From: Bugula neritina
Taxonomy: Eukaryota; Animalia; Bryozoa
Length of the DNA stretch: 64,000 nucleotides
Direction: 5' to 3'
NCBI GenBank assembly: GCA_964035545.1
Contig: OZ037773.1
Location: 7,841,751 to 7,905,750, forward strand
Of this stretch, positions 17,001-30,159 are shown in pieces. The notes beneath the pieces are model-generated. The model was not told the origin of the DNA and made no database searches. It saw only the letters and a list, made by a program, of their open reading frames with translations. The first letter of the stretch is position 1. Each line of letters opens with the position of its first letter. The position numbers and the translations under genes are program-made.

Positions 17001-20000
17001 TGGCAGCGATATGGTGACTGGACACGGCGGCAGCACCTTCACTGCTTGATCTGCAGTTTACAAGTGACAGAGAAATGTACCCCATAGCAGCTCAGCATAG
17101 TCAGCTGATGAGGGGTTTCTGGTAATTATAATGCAGGAAGGTTATCACGATAGAATTATGATTATACACAAGTAATAACCTCTAATCTGTTTAAAATGAG
17201 GTGCAGTCATGGAGAAATTCAGAAAAGCCTGCGTTCTAGATTAGAAACGTAGTATAAGAAATTATGTTTTCGTGAAAATTTCAACCCGCGCCCCAAACCA
17301 AAATTTATTAAGACTTTTAAAGAACTTGGGCAATCTCAATTTCTCCACTACTGCTCCTAAATATCTATAATACAATAAATTAGCAAGAAAAAGTAGGACT
17401 AGAGGAACTAGAGAGCTTACTGCGTGGGATCCAATGTGCTGGAAGAATCAGAGCTGAGACGGCTTTCAGCGCCCCTTACCGACACCGTAGGTGGATCTGG
17501 GATAATATCCGGCTTGCCTTTATTTAATAGCGCACCTTCTGAAAGAGTGAGAGGGGAGACAATCTATATTCACAAACACTACAGTCTGGAAAGATTAGCT
17601 CAGCCAGAAAAGAAAAGTAGCTCTACACTCGTATCTGAACAAGAGGCTGGTAGAGATACACACAGATTTTGCAATCAGTATTTACCATTCTCTACGACAT
17701 CTGCATTCTCCTCCGTAGCGACAGCACTAGCGCTGACGGCTGCCTCGGGCACAGATCGTTGTCGACTAGCGGATTTTTTCTTGGAAGGAGATCTGATAGC
17801 TGAAACAGTAGCAGAAGGATAGAGGAAACTAGAGCCAGGTAGAGAAGAAACACACTATGGTGCACGCAGCAGAGCAAAGGGTGGCACAGCAAGTGAAAGA
17901 GTGAAAATATCATCCAAGTGTCATCTTAGTTTAGCAGGTGAGAAGGAAAGAGAAATTAAGTGCTGAGATGAACTTCTGCAATAACCTCGAAATACCCATG
18001 AGTTGGTTAATAAAACTTGCACTGCAAACTGGAGGCACTATATGAAGAGTTGGAAAGTACTATATATAAAATAGACAGCTAATTAGAAATATATTATGTA
18101 TTTAGAGTTTAATGAAACGTAGAAAAGCAATTTTCAAATGATGAAATCAGTAGAGTTAGTTAAAACCAACTAGCATAGCTCCAAGGAAAAAAGTGGAAAA
18201 ATAAAGAACTACTATCACTTATCACTTTAGGTTAATTGTAGAAAATCAGCAAGTAGAGAAGAAAATCTGTTAGACACCTGACTGAGTCACAAACCTGACT
18301 GACTAACTATTTCATGACCAAACGCCAAAAGATTAGATTTAACTATAATATCATGATTAAAATACATCAACATGTGTTTGTATATAACAATGTTAAAAAT
18401 TCATTGGAATGGACAACCCAAGTGCAAGATAACCATTACTGACCAAAGGGCAATGTTGAAAATTATTATTTGGACATTATTTCTAATTGCCATCTTCCAG
18501 TCATATATTCCCTATATGCAATAATTCTACATCGAATCTAGCCTATGGTTATACAAGTATGTTATACTACTCACAACACTAACCATTAACATAAGCTGTA
18601 GCAGTCTTTGAGACACAAAATACAACCACATGGAGGGAGATTGTACAGTGTATTAAAATACCACTATACAACTCACGCCATTGTATTCAGTACCAGTATA
18701 AATACATTTTATTATGCATCGCCTCACATTTAAAACATTAATAAGCGAATATATTTTTGACTAGCTTATTTTTCTAACATTGTTGACAAGGAAATTTAAA
18801 TTTATTCCTATGGCAGAGGTTTCAACCAGTGAGCTTATCAAATTTACCCACAATTTCTCAAGTCTTCAAAACAGGAAACTAACATTGCAAAGCGATTCAA
18901 GGCATGATTTCAATGTTGAAGTTGAAGATTTGACAGTTTTGTGATGAACAGATGAAAGTGAGTTGTGAGTGTTAGAAAGCTGGTGCTTAAAGCAGTTAGA
19001 AACTTCTCTACAGCTACAACAACAGAGTTGCAGGTTTTGAACAAAGGTATACCTGTAGCCGTAGCGTTGTTCTGAGTGTGCAAAATGGCCGGCAGCTTTT
19101 TAATCTGATGAACTAAACAAAATATCACGAGACTTTAGCAATGAGGACAACATCATATGTTAGGTTCTAAGTTACCACATCCAATAACAGCTCAATAAAT
19201 GATGGTGATTTAATAATTATTGGTAGTTCAGTAATTGATGCTAGTTCAATAGTTGTTAGTAGTTCAATAATTAGCATTTGTTCAACAATATTGTCAAGGA
19301 TTGAGTGAAATATAGATGATTTTCAAGCATCTTAATAAGAGTAAACATTTTATTTACACTCCGAGACAACTTAAAAAAATACAAAATTAAGGCCAATTCC
19401 TCGTAGAATAAAAAATATTTGTCTAAGATAAAATTATATTTACTGATAGGAAAAGGTAAGAAACTGTATGAAAACAGAGTACTTATGGCTATGTTTATCA
19501 GACCACCTCCTATTACATCGACAGATACAATTCTAGGGTTTAGAAACCAAAACTTAATAATGCAAATATTTCCAGAGAGTTCAAAGCAGGTTTAGTGATT
19601 GAAAAGTCGAATTACTATCCAGTTTTCCTGGTTGAATAATAACACAATGTTTTCTTAAAGACAATTACAATTCGTTTAGAAACTTGATGAAAATGCTTTC
19701 ACAACTGAGGTATAACCAAACATAGGTTGGGGAAAGCAGGACATATTTCTACCAACTGAAACTACACAGGGTGAGAAAAGAACCATCGATTAATCAAGTG
19801 AGTGTCATGTCACATAGAGCAAACTACAATCAGAGTTCTAGTCAACTTAGAAATGAAATAAATTGATTAGGTGACACCCATGCGAGTTAGCAAAACCAGA
19901 TTAAATTTGAAATGAATAGAGTTAGCCAGAGTAGCTCAAGGAATCTACACATACGTTGACATGTAGTTCAGCAAGCTGACGCTGAGATTTCTTTCTTACT

Positions 20001-23000
20001 TGAACCATAAACCTGAATGAAACACACCTCTAAGCAGTGATAACAGCTTCCATGAGTTGTTACTCAACTAGATTCAAGTGTGTGATAAGCGAGAAAAGGG
20101 GAAACCCTTCACACAGAAAAACTATCCCAAAAACATACTGTACGGCAGAGAGAAGCTATGAGTGACAGTTAGTTGGTAAGCCCTTTGGGACACACAGCAA
20201 ACAACTTCCACTCCATTTTTCTGAAGTTATTGAATTAAATTTTTTTTTGAAGAAAAAGTGAAAAATAATTTCAACTCAATAAAACTTGGAGAACTTGGCG
20301 TTTTTCAAGGATGTTACATAGACAATAAAAAAGACTGAAACTTTAAAGAAATTTGGTTTAATTTCTAGAAATATTTGAATTTTAAAGATCTTTGCAGAAC
20401 TGTTAACATTTGTTCCCGTTATAAAGTTCCACAACACAATATTTCAGCACGTATTTCACACTCTATCATTTTTAAGCCATCACGCCTGAAAAGACAACTC
20501 TAAATAACTTAGCAGAAAATATTTCCTGAAAGTTGTTTACTGATGGCAACTAACATGTGTAACTGAGCTCAGCAATGACACCAAGCGCCAAGTGCTCCTT
20601 GGTGAGTGGGTGTCAGCCAGGGTGTGGCAATCAGCAACAAGTAGCAGCATGTCAACAAGATTCCATTGATTAGCACCTGATGGTAAGTCATTAGCAACTA
20701 GCAACTGGCAACTAGCAACATACAAACATCTACTGGCAATTGACAACCGATAAGCGGTTGGCGGCTAGAATCAGACATTACCGTATGATTACAATGTATA
20801 GAAACGTGGTAATGTATGTTAGCTGATGAAAAAGCGACGTTAAATCATAATTGATAAAGTGGTTAGACCACAACATGCATGACAGACACCCTACTCTGGT
20901 GTATTCTAGAATTTACCGACAGAAACGGCGTGCACCGCCTTCCTGAATCTAGCGTTGGCGCCGGCACCTCTAGGATTTTCCACTGCGTTGGGAATACAAA
21001 CACAAATATAGGTATTTCAGGAAGGGCACATAACTCCCTGTTATTGATGTAAACAGTGAATACATACTTCGCTTCAGGATGGAAAATGAGTTACAGGGAG
21101 CTGCAGTGACGTAGAAAAGCAAACTGGAGTTATAAGAATAATATATGTATATTATATGCATATATCATATATATTATATTATATACATATATCATATATA
21201 TGTATATTATATGCATATATATTATATTATATGCATATATCATATATATTATATTATATGCATATATCATATTATATATTATATTATATGCATATATCAT
21301 ATATATTATGCGCATACTAGCATATAACCTAAGTTCCCCGTAACAAGAGAGGATATCTACTGAAGGTACTAGCTACACCCTGAAACTGGCGCATAAACAC
21401 CCAGCAGTTTACTTACGAGAATCCACTTTCTTAAAAACTTCCTTTTCAAAGAATGTTTGAAATCTCTGTGCATAGAAACTGGGCCGGTGAACTGAAATGG
21501 CGTCCCCATCATAGACGATACTCTTGAAGCCGTGTTCCAGCTTCTTCTTTAGCCTGTAGCTTTGTAGGATGTCGATTATTCCAACATATAGTAGGAGTCG
21601 CTCCCCCTTCACATTCCGGGCTGGAATACCACCCGGACTGAAACATGACATCACAGTGTTAGGACGTATACTAGAAGATGACATCACAGTGTTAGGACGT
21701 ATACTATAAGATGACATCACAGTGTTAGGACGTATACTAGAAGATGACATCACAGTGTTAGGACGTATACTAGAAGATGACATCACAGTGTTAGGACGTA
21801 TACTATAAGATGACATCACAGTGTTAGGACGTATACTAGAAGATGACATCACAGTGTTAGGACGTATACTAGAAGAGAAGCTTAGAACTGCTTTCAGTAG
21901 TGAAAACTATCGGATGATAACATCAATTCCTACTCTAGCTTAATCTCAATGAAATGATGATTGAAACGATCACAATTGCTGATGACATCACTGAAACAAC
22001 TGATGACATCACCACACACTTACGGCACGTCTACGTCATCAGAATCTGCAGGCTCGGCCACCACTGCCTGAATGGACTCTAGAGCTGTGGAAAAGTTCTG
22101 CAACCTGTACTTGGTGGAGCGCCCTCTAGTGATGGGTCCCGGAGTGGCGACATTGCCTTCAGCTCCGGCAGCCGCCCCTCCAACGGCAGCGGGAGCTGCA
22201 CCTGCAAGAGAGACTGGGATCTTCACAGAGTAGCATTATACAGTAGAGAGTTCCTTCATTGTATAGAAAGTAATGGAGGAGAAATAGCATAAAGCTAGTT
22301 TGCAAAATGTGACATGAAAGGAAACAACTTCACATAAACTACTTGACTGTTTAGCTGCAAGAAGTTTGAGTAGCAGAAGTTCCTAAAAAGCTGAGAACTC
22401 CGACTAGAAAGGTTTATCAGTGAACATAACTAGCTGCTATTTATAAGTGTTTGTGATAACGGCAGCAACCACTAGATTACTTACAGAGGGAGAGCCAATA
22501 CTTAACTATAAGATAAATAACAGAGTACACATTGATGTAAGACAAGTGTATGAGAATAATAAAAACTGCTAGAACATTCTAAAACCTCCTTGAGATAAGT
22601 AGGTTAGACAGGAAGCAGATTGGGAAACCCAACACCGATTTAATATGTGAAATAAAAGACATGTAACTGCAACAACTGCTCACATCAGCCCAACAACTGA
22701 TGACATCAGCCCAACAACTGATGACATCAGCCCAACAACTGCTCACATCAGCCCAACAACTGATGACATCAGCCCAACAACTGCTCACATCAGCCCAACA
22801 ACTGATGACATCAGCCCAACAACTGCTCACATCAGCCCAACAACTGATGACATCAGCCCAACAACTGATGACATCATCTATCAACCAATGACCCGGTGTT
22901 CTTACTTGCTGTGGAGGTGCTGGGTTGTTCTGCTGCCTGTGGTGTGGTGGCTGTAGAGTCAGCTTGCCGATGACTGTCCTCTAGCTGACGACGTTTCATC

Positions 23001-25138
23001 TCGTCAACATTGTAGACTGAGAGCAGGAGACTGTAGTCCATGATCTTGAAACTTTCCAGCACCTAGTAGAGTGTTTATATTATATAGTATAGTGTATAGT
23101 ATAGTGTATAGTATAGTGTAGTATAGTATGGTGCAGTGTACAGTGTAGTATAATACAGTATAACGTAGTACGGTATAACGTAGCACAGTAGAGTATACTA
23201 CCAACACATATTATATTATACATAAAACTCACTCTCACATCTCTCTTCATGGTCTTCAGTAACGCCTCATAGGTGTCTGATTCCAGCAATATGCCATCCG
23301 AATTTCTCTCCTTGAAATCCAAATCTTTGAATGTTGGACTAGATTTGGCCAGTTCGTGCCTGGATGCTTTTCTCTTGTGCGAGGAACCTTTAAGATCGTA
23401 TTTCTCACACTTTCTGATAGCCTTCGGTAAAAGGTTGTTCATCACACACAGTCTAATATTCTTTCCTCCAGTCTATAAACAAGTCGTAGAGCTGTCTAAG
23501 TTAAAAATATGTTGACTAAATAAACTCATACGCTATTCTTGTTCAGAGAGTGTGTAGTGATGGAGTTTAATAGCACAACCAAATGCACCACAAATTTTGT
23601 GGTTATAAATTTAGCTGATAAACCTTATAATTCAGCAAATACTACCTGAAGACAATAAAGCCCGTAAAATTTTGGTAACAACGTCCGTGGATTCTGGTTT
23701 AAATTCTACAATGAAAAAAGAATATTCCAGAATGTAATATGAGCAGACAGGTTAAACTACGGGTACCGAAGTTACAAGTCATGGTATAGATTTATATACA
23801 GAGTAATAAAATACAAGTAGCTCCACTGTATAGCTTGTGGTTCAGTAACTATGTAGGTAGGTGAGGGTGGAAATAGAATGAGAAATATTGAAATATGTTA
23901 ACCATATACACAGCAGAAAATGCTACATATGGATGTGAATGACTTCCATCAAAATCAGTTCCATGTAATATACAGAAATAATATAATATACTCACCATGT
24001 AATACCCAGGCAGAAGCTTCTGTAGAAAGTCTGCTTCTTTGTGTTGAACAGTTTTAATGATAAATTCGTCGTCTTCAGTGATAAAAAATACACTACCACT
24101 AGCACCAGGGTTGGACAACTCTAATAGAGGTAGACTAGTCAATGATATCTGTAACATGAATATATTATGAGTATCTGTAACATGAATATATTATGAGTAT
24201 CTGTAACATGAATATATTATGAGTATCTGTAACATGAATATATTATGAATATCTGTAACATGAATATATTATGAGTATCTGTAACATGAATATATTATGA
24301 ATATCTGTAATATGATTATATTATGAGTATATGTAACATGAATATATTATGAGTATCTGTAGCATGAATATATTATGTGTATCTGTAACATGATTATATT
24401 ATGAGTATCTGTAACATGAATATATTATGAATATCTGTAACATGAATATATTATGAGTATCTGTAACATGAATATATTATGAATATCTGTAACATGAATA
24501 TATTATGAGTATCTGTAACATGAATAGATTATGCGTATCTGTAACATGAATAGATGAATAGACATGGGTAACATAAATAAATAGCAGTATCTTAGAGTGT
24601 GCCTACAAACCAATAGCATGTTAGTGCACCACAGCAAAGCCTTGAAAATTTATATTATATATAAGTTTCCCAATTCATAACTCTATTTCAATATATTATG
24701 CTAATTTCATTTATTTAATACATGCTTCTTGTCATATTGTAATATATTATGCTTCTTGTCATATTGTGATATATGCCGCTTGCAATATAATGTAATAACA
24801 AACTATTAAAGTATTACAGCTCAAGAATCAATAAAACAGAATTTGGTGATACTCCAGAATATGAGAATAAACTACTTTTCAAAGGTTATATAAAAAGTAC
24901 TACTACAGTGTTACTAACTACACTATTTGGAGTTGTCTAATCTCCATATTATTATAACCTCAACTTACAAGGAAGTCATCTGTTTGGATTCCAAAGATTT
25001 CCCTGAAGTATCTGAAGGCAATGGGAGCATAAGTCTTGAATTTGAACTCGCCGACTCTGTGAGCAGGTGTTAGGTTACTCCCATTCCTACAGAAATATTC
25101 TTACTTTGAGCTGCAATACAACTACTACTACAACAACA

Positions 25139-25185
<47 letters not shown>

Positions 25186-25588
25186 AACTACTACTACTAC
25201 TACTAGTACTACTACTATGACTACTACTACTACTACTACTATAACTACTACTACTACTACTAGTACTACTATTACTGCTACTACTACTATGACTACTACT
25301 ACTACTACTGCTGCTGCTACTACTACTTCTACTGCTGCTGCTGCTACTGCTGCTACTACTACAACTACTACTACTACTACTAGTACTACTACTACAGCTA
25401 TTACTACTACTGCTGCTGCTACTACTACTACTACTAGTAGTAGTACTACTACTACTACTAGTACTACTACTACTACTAGTACTACTACTACTAGTACCAC
25501 TAATACTACTGCTACTACTAATACTACAATTACTAATACCACCGCTACTACCACCACCACTACTACTGCTACTGCTGCTACTACTACA

Positions 25589-25674
<86 letters not shown>

Positions 25675-25709
25675 CACTACTACTACTACTACTACTATTA
25701 CTACTACTA

Positions 25710-25758
<49 letters not shown>

Positions 25759-28024
25759 TACTACTACTACTGCCTGGATATAACTACGTACTCTGGAAAG
25801 TGCACAGTTTCAACTACACTGAAATCTTGCATGAGGACATCTCTGGTAGGTTTGGAGGTGAGACTACCAACGCTGTTACCAATACCCAGCTGTATAGCTT
25901 TCATCAGATCAGTCGTAGCTTTCTGAAAGACATGAAAAGACGAATCCTTGATGGTAATGCAATGCCGGGAATACTACATTTGCTTCTAGTAAAAAGTTAA
26001 AACTAACAAGAGAAATAAAATTAAATTAGGGGAAGAATACAGTTAATTTCCGAGAGATGTGACTAAAACAAGGGCGAAATTAGAATAAAGAATAAATAAA
26101 CAATTTTATAAACAACTTCCTTTGAAGTTTTATTCTAAATAATAGGCATGTTACAGAGCTAGATTGTATACCTAGAAAGGCACTCATTTCAGAGACCTAA
26201 ACACAACTATCTGGGAAAGCCGTACACTGTGAAATACAAGTTATATAGGTGATAGGCAAAGGAAGACAACCTTCTTGTAGGTGACTTGCCCGGTCGTCTC
26301 GTCTACCCGTCTGTGCCCTATCTTCTTTTCTTTATTGCTTCCATCCAGATTGAGGGTAGCCATGGCGAGGGCAACAGCTGGAGGAGTTTTCTGCCCTGTG
26401 CTAGAATGGAGGAATGTGTTGGTGCTGTCTTGAGAGGCCATCCTCAACTGTTAAAAGAAATCAGGCTAGGAATCACAGGCTAAGGTGTAACCAGTCACTA
26501 GCAATAAAACATCACATCGTATTTATTTATCAATCGCTGAATGCAGTTCATCAGATATGATAGCCCAGTAACCTTTAACTTTATATAATGAGGATGAATA
26601 ATTAAGGATGACTTATACAAGCTGACTGTACGATAGTTGTGGGAGGAGCTAACCAATTTAGCTCCTCCCACCTCCTGTCTACTACATAATGTTAGGTTTA
26701 GATTACAGGAACAGCTCAATCCATTTCTAATACTGCACGACTATTGTTTAGAGCATAAAGTAGAGATTTTGTAATTATATAGTAACTGTACTGATTGATT
26801 TTTATGACCGTAGAAGCTAATAATATTAAGTAGTGCTAACGCACTGATATCTAGTGAAGAGCAATGATGTCCACTCAAGTGCGTGGGCTCAGTGATGTAA
26901 CGTGTGAACACAGCAAGTGATGCAGTTCAAAGTTTGATAGCCTCATGATAGTGTAGCCAACAAACCATATGTACTGTTGAGTCAGTGAGTGTATATACAC
27001 TGGTTATTGGCTATACTATACTATACTATATTGGCTATGGGGAAGTTAGATATAGATGTGGGGAGCTTATTTGTGAAACTGAACATTCTGCTGGTACATT
27101 CATTCTCCAACCATACAAACACAGACTAAATATTAAAGTCTGCACATTTGAGTAGATACAGAGTAGATACAGAGTAGATACAGAGTACATACAGAGTATA
27201 TACAGAGCATACACAGAGTACATACAGAGTATACACAGAGTACATACAGAGTACATACAGAGTACATACAGAGCATACACAGAGTACATACAGAGTACAT
27301 ACAGAGTATACACAGAGTACATACAGAGTACATACAGAGTATACACAGAGTACATACAGAGTACATACAGAGTAGATACAGAGTATACACAGAGTACATA
27401 CAGAGTATACACAGAGTACATACAGAGTACACACAGAGTATATACAGAGTATACACAGGGTATACACAAAGTACACACATAGTACATAAAGAAAGCATAT
27501 ACTTACATCTAAAGGAGCTGGTTTTTTCACATAGTGATTGCCGTCTGGCTCTATAAATATTCAAAGCAAATATTCAGATAAAACACATGCCATAAGGCAG
27601 TTCTTATTACAGGTAATTCGATATGCTTAAATACCTATAGACAAGACTTAAATCCTCAGAGCATTTTTATACATAAGCACCTACAATGCTCCTTTACTCC
27701 CACATCATAAGGCTAACCAAATCTCATTTACTTAAAGCTGCTTAAGAATTCGCATATAAAAGATTTCAAGTCTCGTTCTAACAGCCTTTTGAGAAGATGT
27801 ATTTTATATTTCATCATTATACTTTTATTTATGCTACACTGTTTCCGCACATCGAACTGCCGCAAACTAACTGAAAAATTGCTTGAAAAAAATCCATGAA
27901 CTATTGTCACGAAATGCTCATAAACCTAATCCATTAAAACTCTTCTAAAAAAACAAGTGCTAAACTCACTCTGGGGCGTTGAAGCCGATTGGCTGCTCGA
28001 GGGAGCAGCAACGCTGGCTGACAT
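14036..28024 (-). CDS. PIP5K1: Type I phosphatidylinositol 4-phosphate 5-kinase, multi-exon; 3' exons and stop uncertain (stop at ~15632 or ~14036)
   Basis: Exons encode [14 protein letters not shown] (26447-26271), [15 protein letters not shown] (25922-25792), [14 protein letters not shown] (25086-24969), [18 protein letters not shown] (~24148-23996), [52 protein letters not shown] (21637-~21415). Probable ATG at 28024. Confidence 0.95.
15651..15785 (-). repeat. 30-bp tandem repeat (~4.5 copies) in a putative PIP5K1 3' exon
   Basis: Unit gattggctgatggtggaagagcagagccat; reads as [10 protein letters not shown] repeats in ORF 15632..15865. Confidence 0.85.
15912..16107. repeat. 26-bp intronic minisatellite (~7.5 copies)
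   Basis: Unit catggtgagactataccaaccagtca. Confidence 0.95.
21644..21875. repeat. 33-bp minisatellite (7 copies) abutting a PIP5K1 splice acceptor
   Basis: Unit gatgacatcacagtgttaggacgtatactagaa. Confidence 0.95.
22671..22878. repeat. 21-bp intronic minisatellite (~10 copies, two variants)
   Basis: Units tgatgacatcagcccaacaac and tgctcacatcagcccaacaac. Confidence 0.95.
24146..24553. repeat. 26-bp minisatellite (~16 copies) that includes the PIP5K1 splice acceptor
   Basis: Unit tatctgtaacatgaatatattatgag. Confidence 0.95.
25116..25775. repeat. Imperfect (ACT)n microsatellite filling most of a PIP5K1 intron
   Basis: Lies between the exons bounded by 25792 and 25086. Confidence 0.95.
27151..27485. 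repeat. 12-bp intronic minisatellite
   Basis: Variants of agtacatacaga. Confidence 0.9.
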
Positions 28025-30159
28025 GATCACCTAGCTGAGGTGTGGCTACGCTGTCTTCATTCTTCTTCACCAAAGGGACCCCAGCTGTAAATGTGCTAAA
28101 CTAAACCTTGTGTGCAACTGCATATGAATGATTACAGTGAATTATGATAGTACCATGAACTGAATTAAACTGAAGTTTTAAATAACTAAGAGTTACAAAA
28201 CGTTTTGCCTCATGCTTGGTGATAAAATATTATAATATTTTTATCTTTAGGAAGATGAATCATTACCAATATTTTTAAGTTTTACTTTTTAAATGATAAG
28301 TATCGGTATTATTTTACTGGTACTTGACTTTGGGTTTAGCTCAAACTTTTCGCCAAGCTGGAGCTCATATTTAATGATTTATATTTCATTATTTGTATTT
28401 TATTTATTTTGAAATTTATGTTTATTTTTTCATTTTATATTAACAATAACAATATATTATAATTATTATCTAAGTACTACTATCACTATCATCATTATGA
28501 TAACATTATTAGTATTATTATATTTATTGTATTAGTCTATCACTATTATTACTCAGTATCAGTAAATGTAATACTAATAGCATTACTAACACAGCAACAC
28601 TAATCGTAATAATAATACTAAAAGTAATAGTAAAACTAGTACTAGTACAGTACTACTACTACTAGTACTACTAGTACTAGTTGTAATACTACGTCTACTA
28701 CTACTACTAGTACTTATATTTATAATACTAATACTAAGAGTTACTGCTAGCGTACCACTAACACTACAAGTACTTTAACTTTCAGCCTAAGTCAGAGTAG
28801 TCAACTTTACCTTCAAGTTTGAGTTTCAGTTCGTCCTTTAAGTTTACAATTTTTTACAGTAAAATTTTTAGTTTTTACTTTTACTTTTAGTAATTTTAAA
28901 GCAGTATTTTTTACACAAATAGAAATAAATTTAAATTATTTATGACCATATTATGAATAACAAATATACGTACTAAAATCAAATGTAGAGCAACATAAAT
29001 GAACAAATGTATTATTAATTCAGCTTATAAACATTATCATTATGATTGAAATAGAGACTCAGACTGATAGCCGACTTCAAGATCCATACCGGAACTAGAA
29101 CATATTATGCCATCGGAAGAATAGTTGCGGCAAGAACAATTAGAGTAGACAACTCGCTTTCCACATAGCCAGGCAGCCTGTCCCTAGAAAACTCCTGTAA
29201 TGCGCCGTATGTTATTCAGATGAATTTAAGAAGACAACTTCCTAGTACTATAATGTATAAGCTGTTTAGGCTTGTAGAGTTTTATTAACTTGTGTTTTTA
29301 AATCAAGCTAAGTAGACTAATACAAAAGAAACTATTGATGTAAACATGTGTATTCAACGACAAAATTTGTCTATTGTTAATCTGAGCAAACTGCTGATTT
29401 ATCTGTAGGTATTCTAATATATTCTTTTATATTTAATGTATCTTATGCTTACACATAAATTATAATAGTATCTATATAGTTGTAGCTGTTTGCAGTAATT
29501 CTGAGAGTCAGTGCGCAAGTTTACGAGATAGCAGGTAAAACTATCTAATGATGGAAAAAAGCTGGCCATCTGTTACTATGACTATTAAATTATAGTGTAC
29601 ATATATAGCGCATTTTACACTGCAGCGTTATTGTATTGTGTCTAAGTGCAATATGCCAGTACTGCGTAATATTTTGTTCACCTGAAGTTATTACCACTTT
29701 CTTTTATGATTAAAGTCTGTAAGTGATTAGTGATTGTATGCATGAACAATCTGCTTTTGAATAAAGATTTTATTATAATATAATATGATATAGAGCATAT
29801 GATATAGCTCCTAGTAAGATATATTTAGCCATTTACTGTTTGAGAGAAAAACACTTGAAGTTTTGAACGAATAAAATTAAAAAATTTTTTTAAAGATTTT
29901 CCGAGTTTTCAATAAACTAATACAATTATTTTAACAATAGTCAATATAACGTTAATCATTGGGCAAATATAACATTAATTTTAATATTTATCTCAATGAC
30001 ACTAAAAATGAAAACTGCCTATAGCTGAAACAATTGATAACTTGGAATTTTAAGAGTCAATTGACAGTTCTCATATAGGTAATGGTTTCTACCCTTGACA
30101 TTGGTAAACTACTTCTAAGTAAAAAACTGTGCCTTGCTGCCTTGCCATTATTTGCCGAG

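Noticed and set aside
15912-24553. Regular arrays resembling CRISPR
   Set aside because: Head-to-tail repeats without unique spacers, no cas genes, eukaryotic introns.
25067-25783. 238-aa poly-Thr (mucin-like) and 223-aa poly-Val ORFs
   Set aside because: Translations of an (ACT)n microsatellite lying between two conserved PIP5K1 exons.
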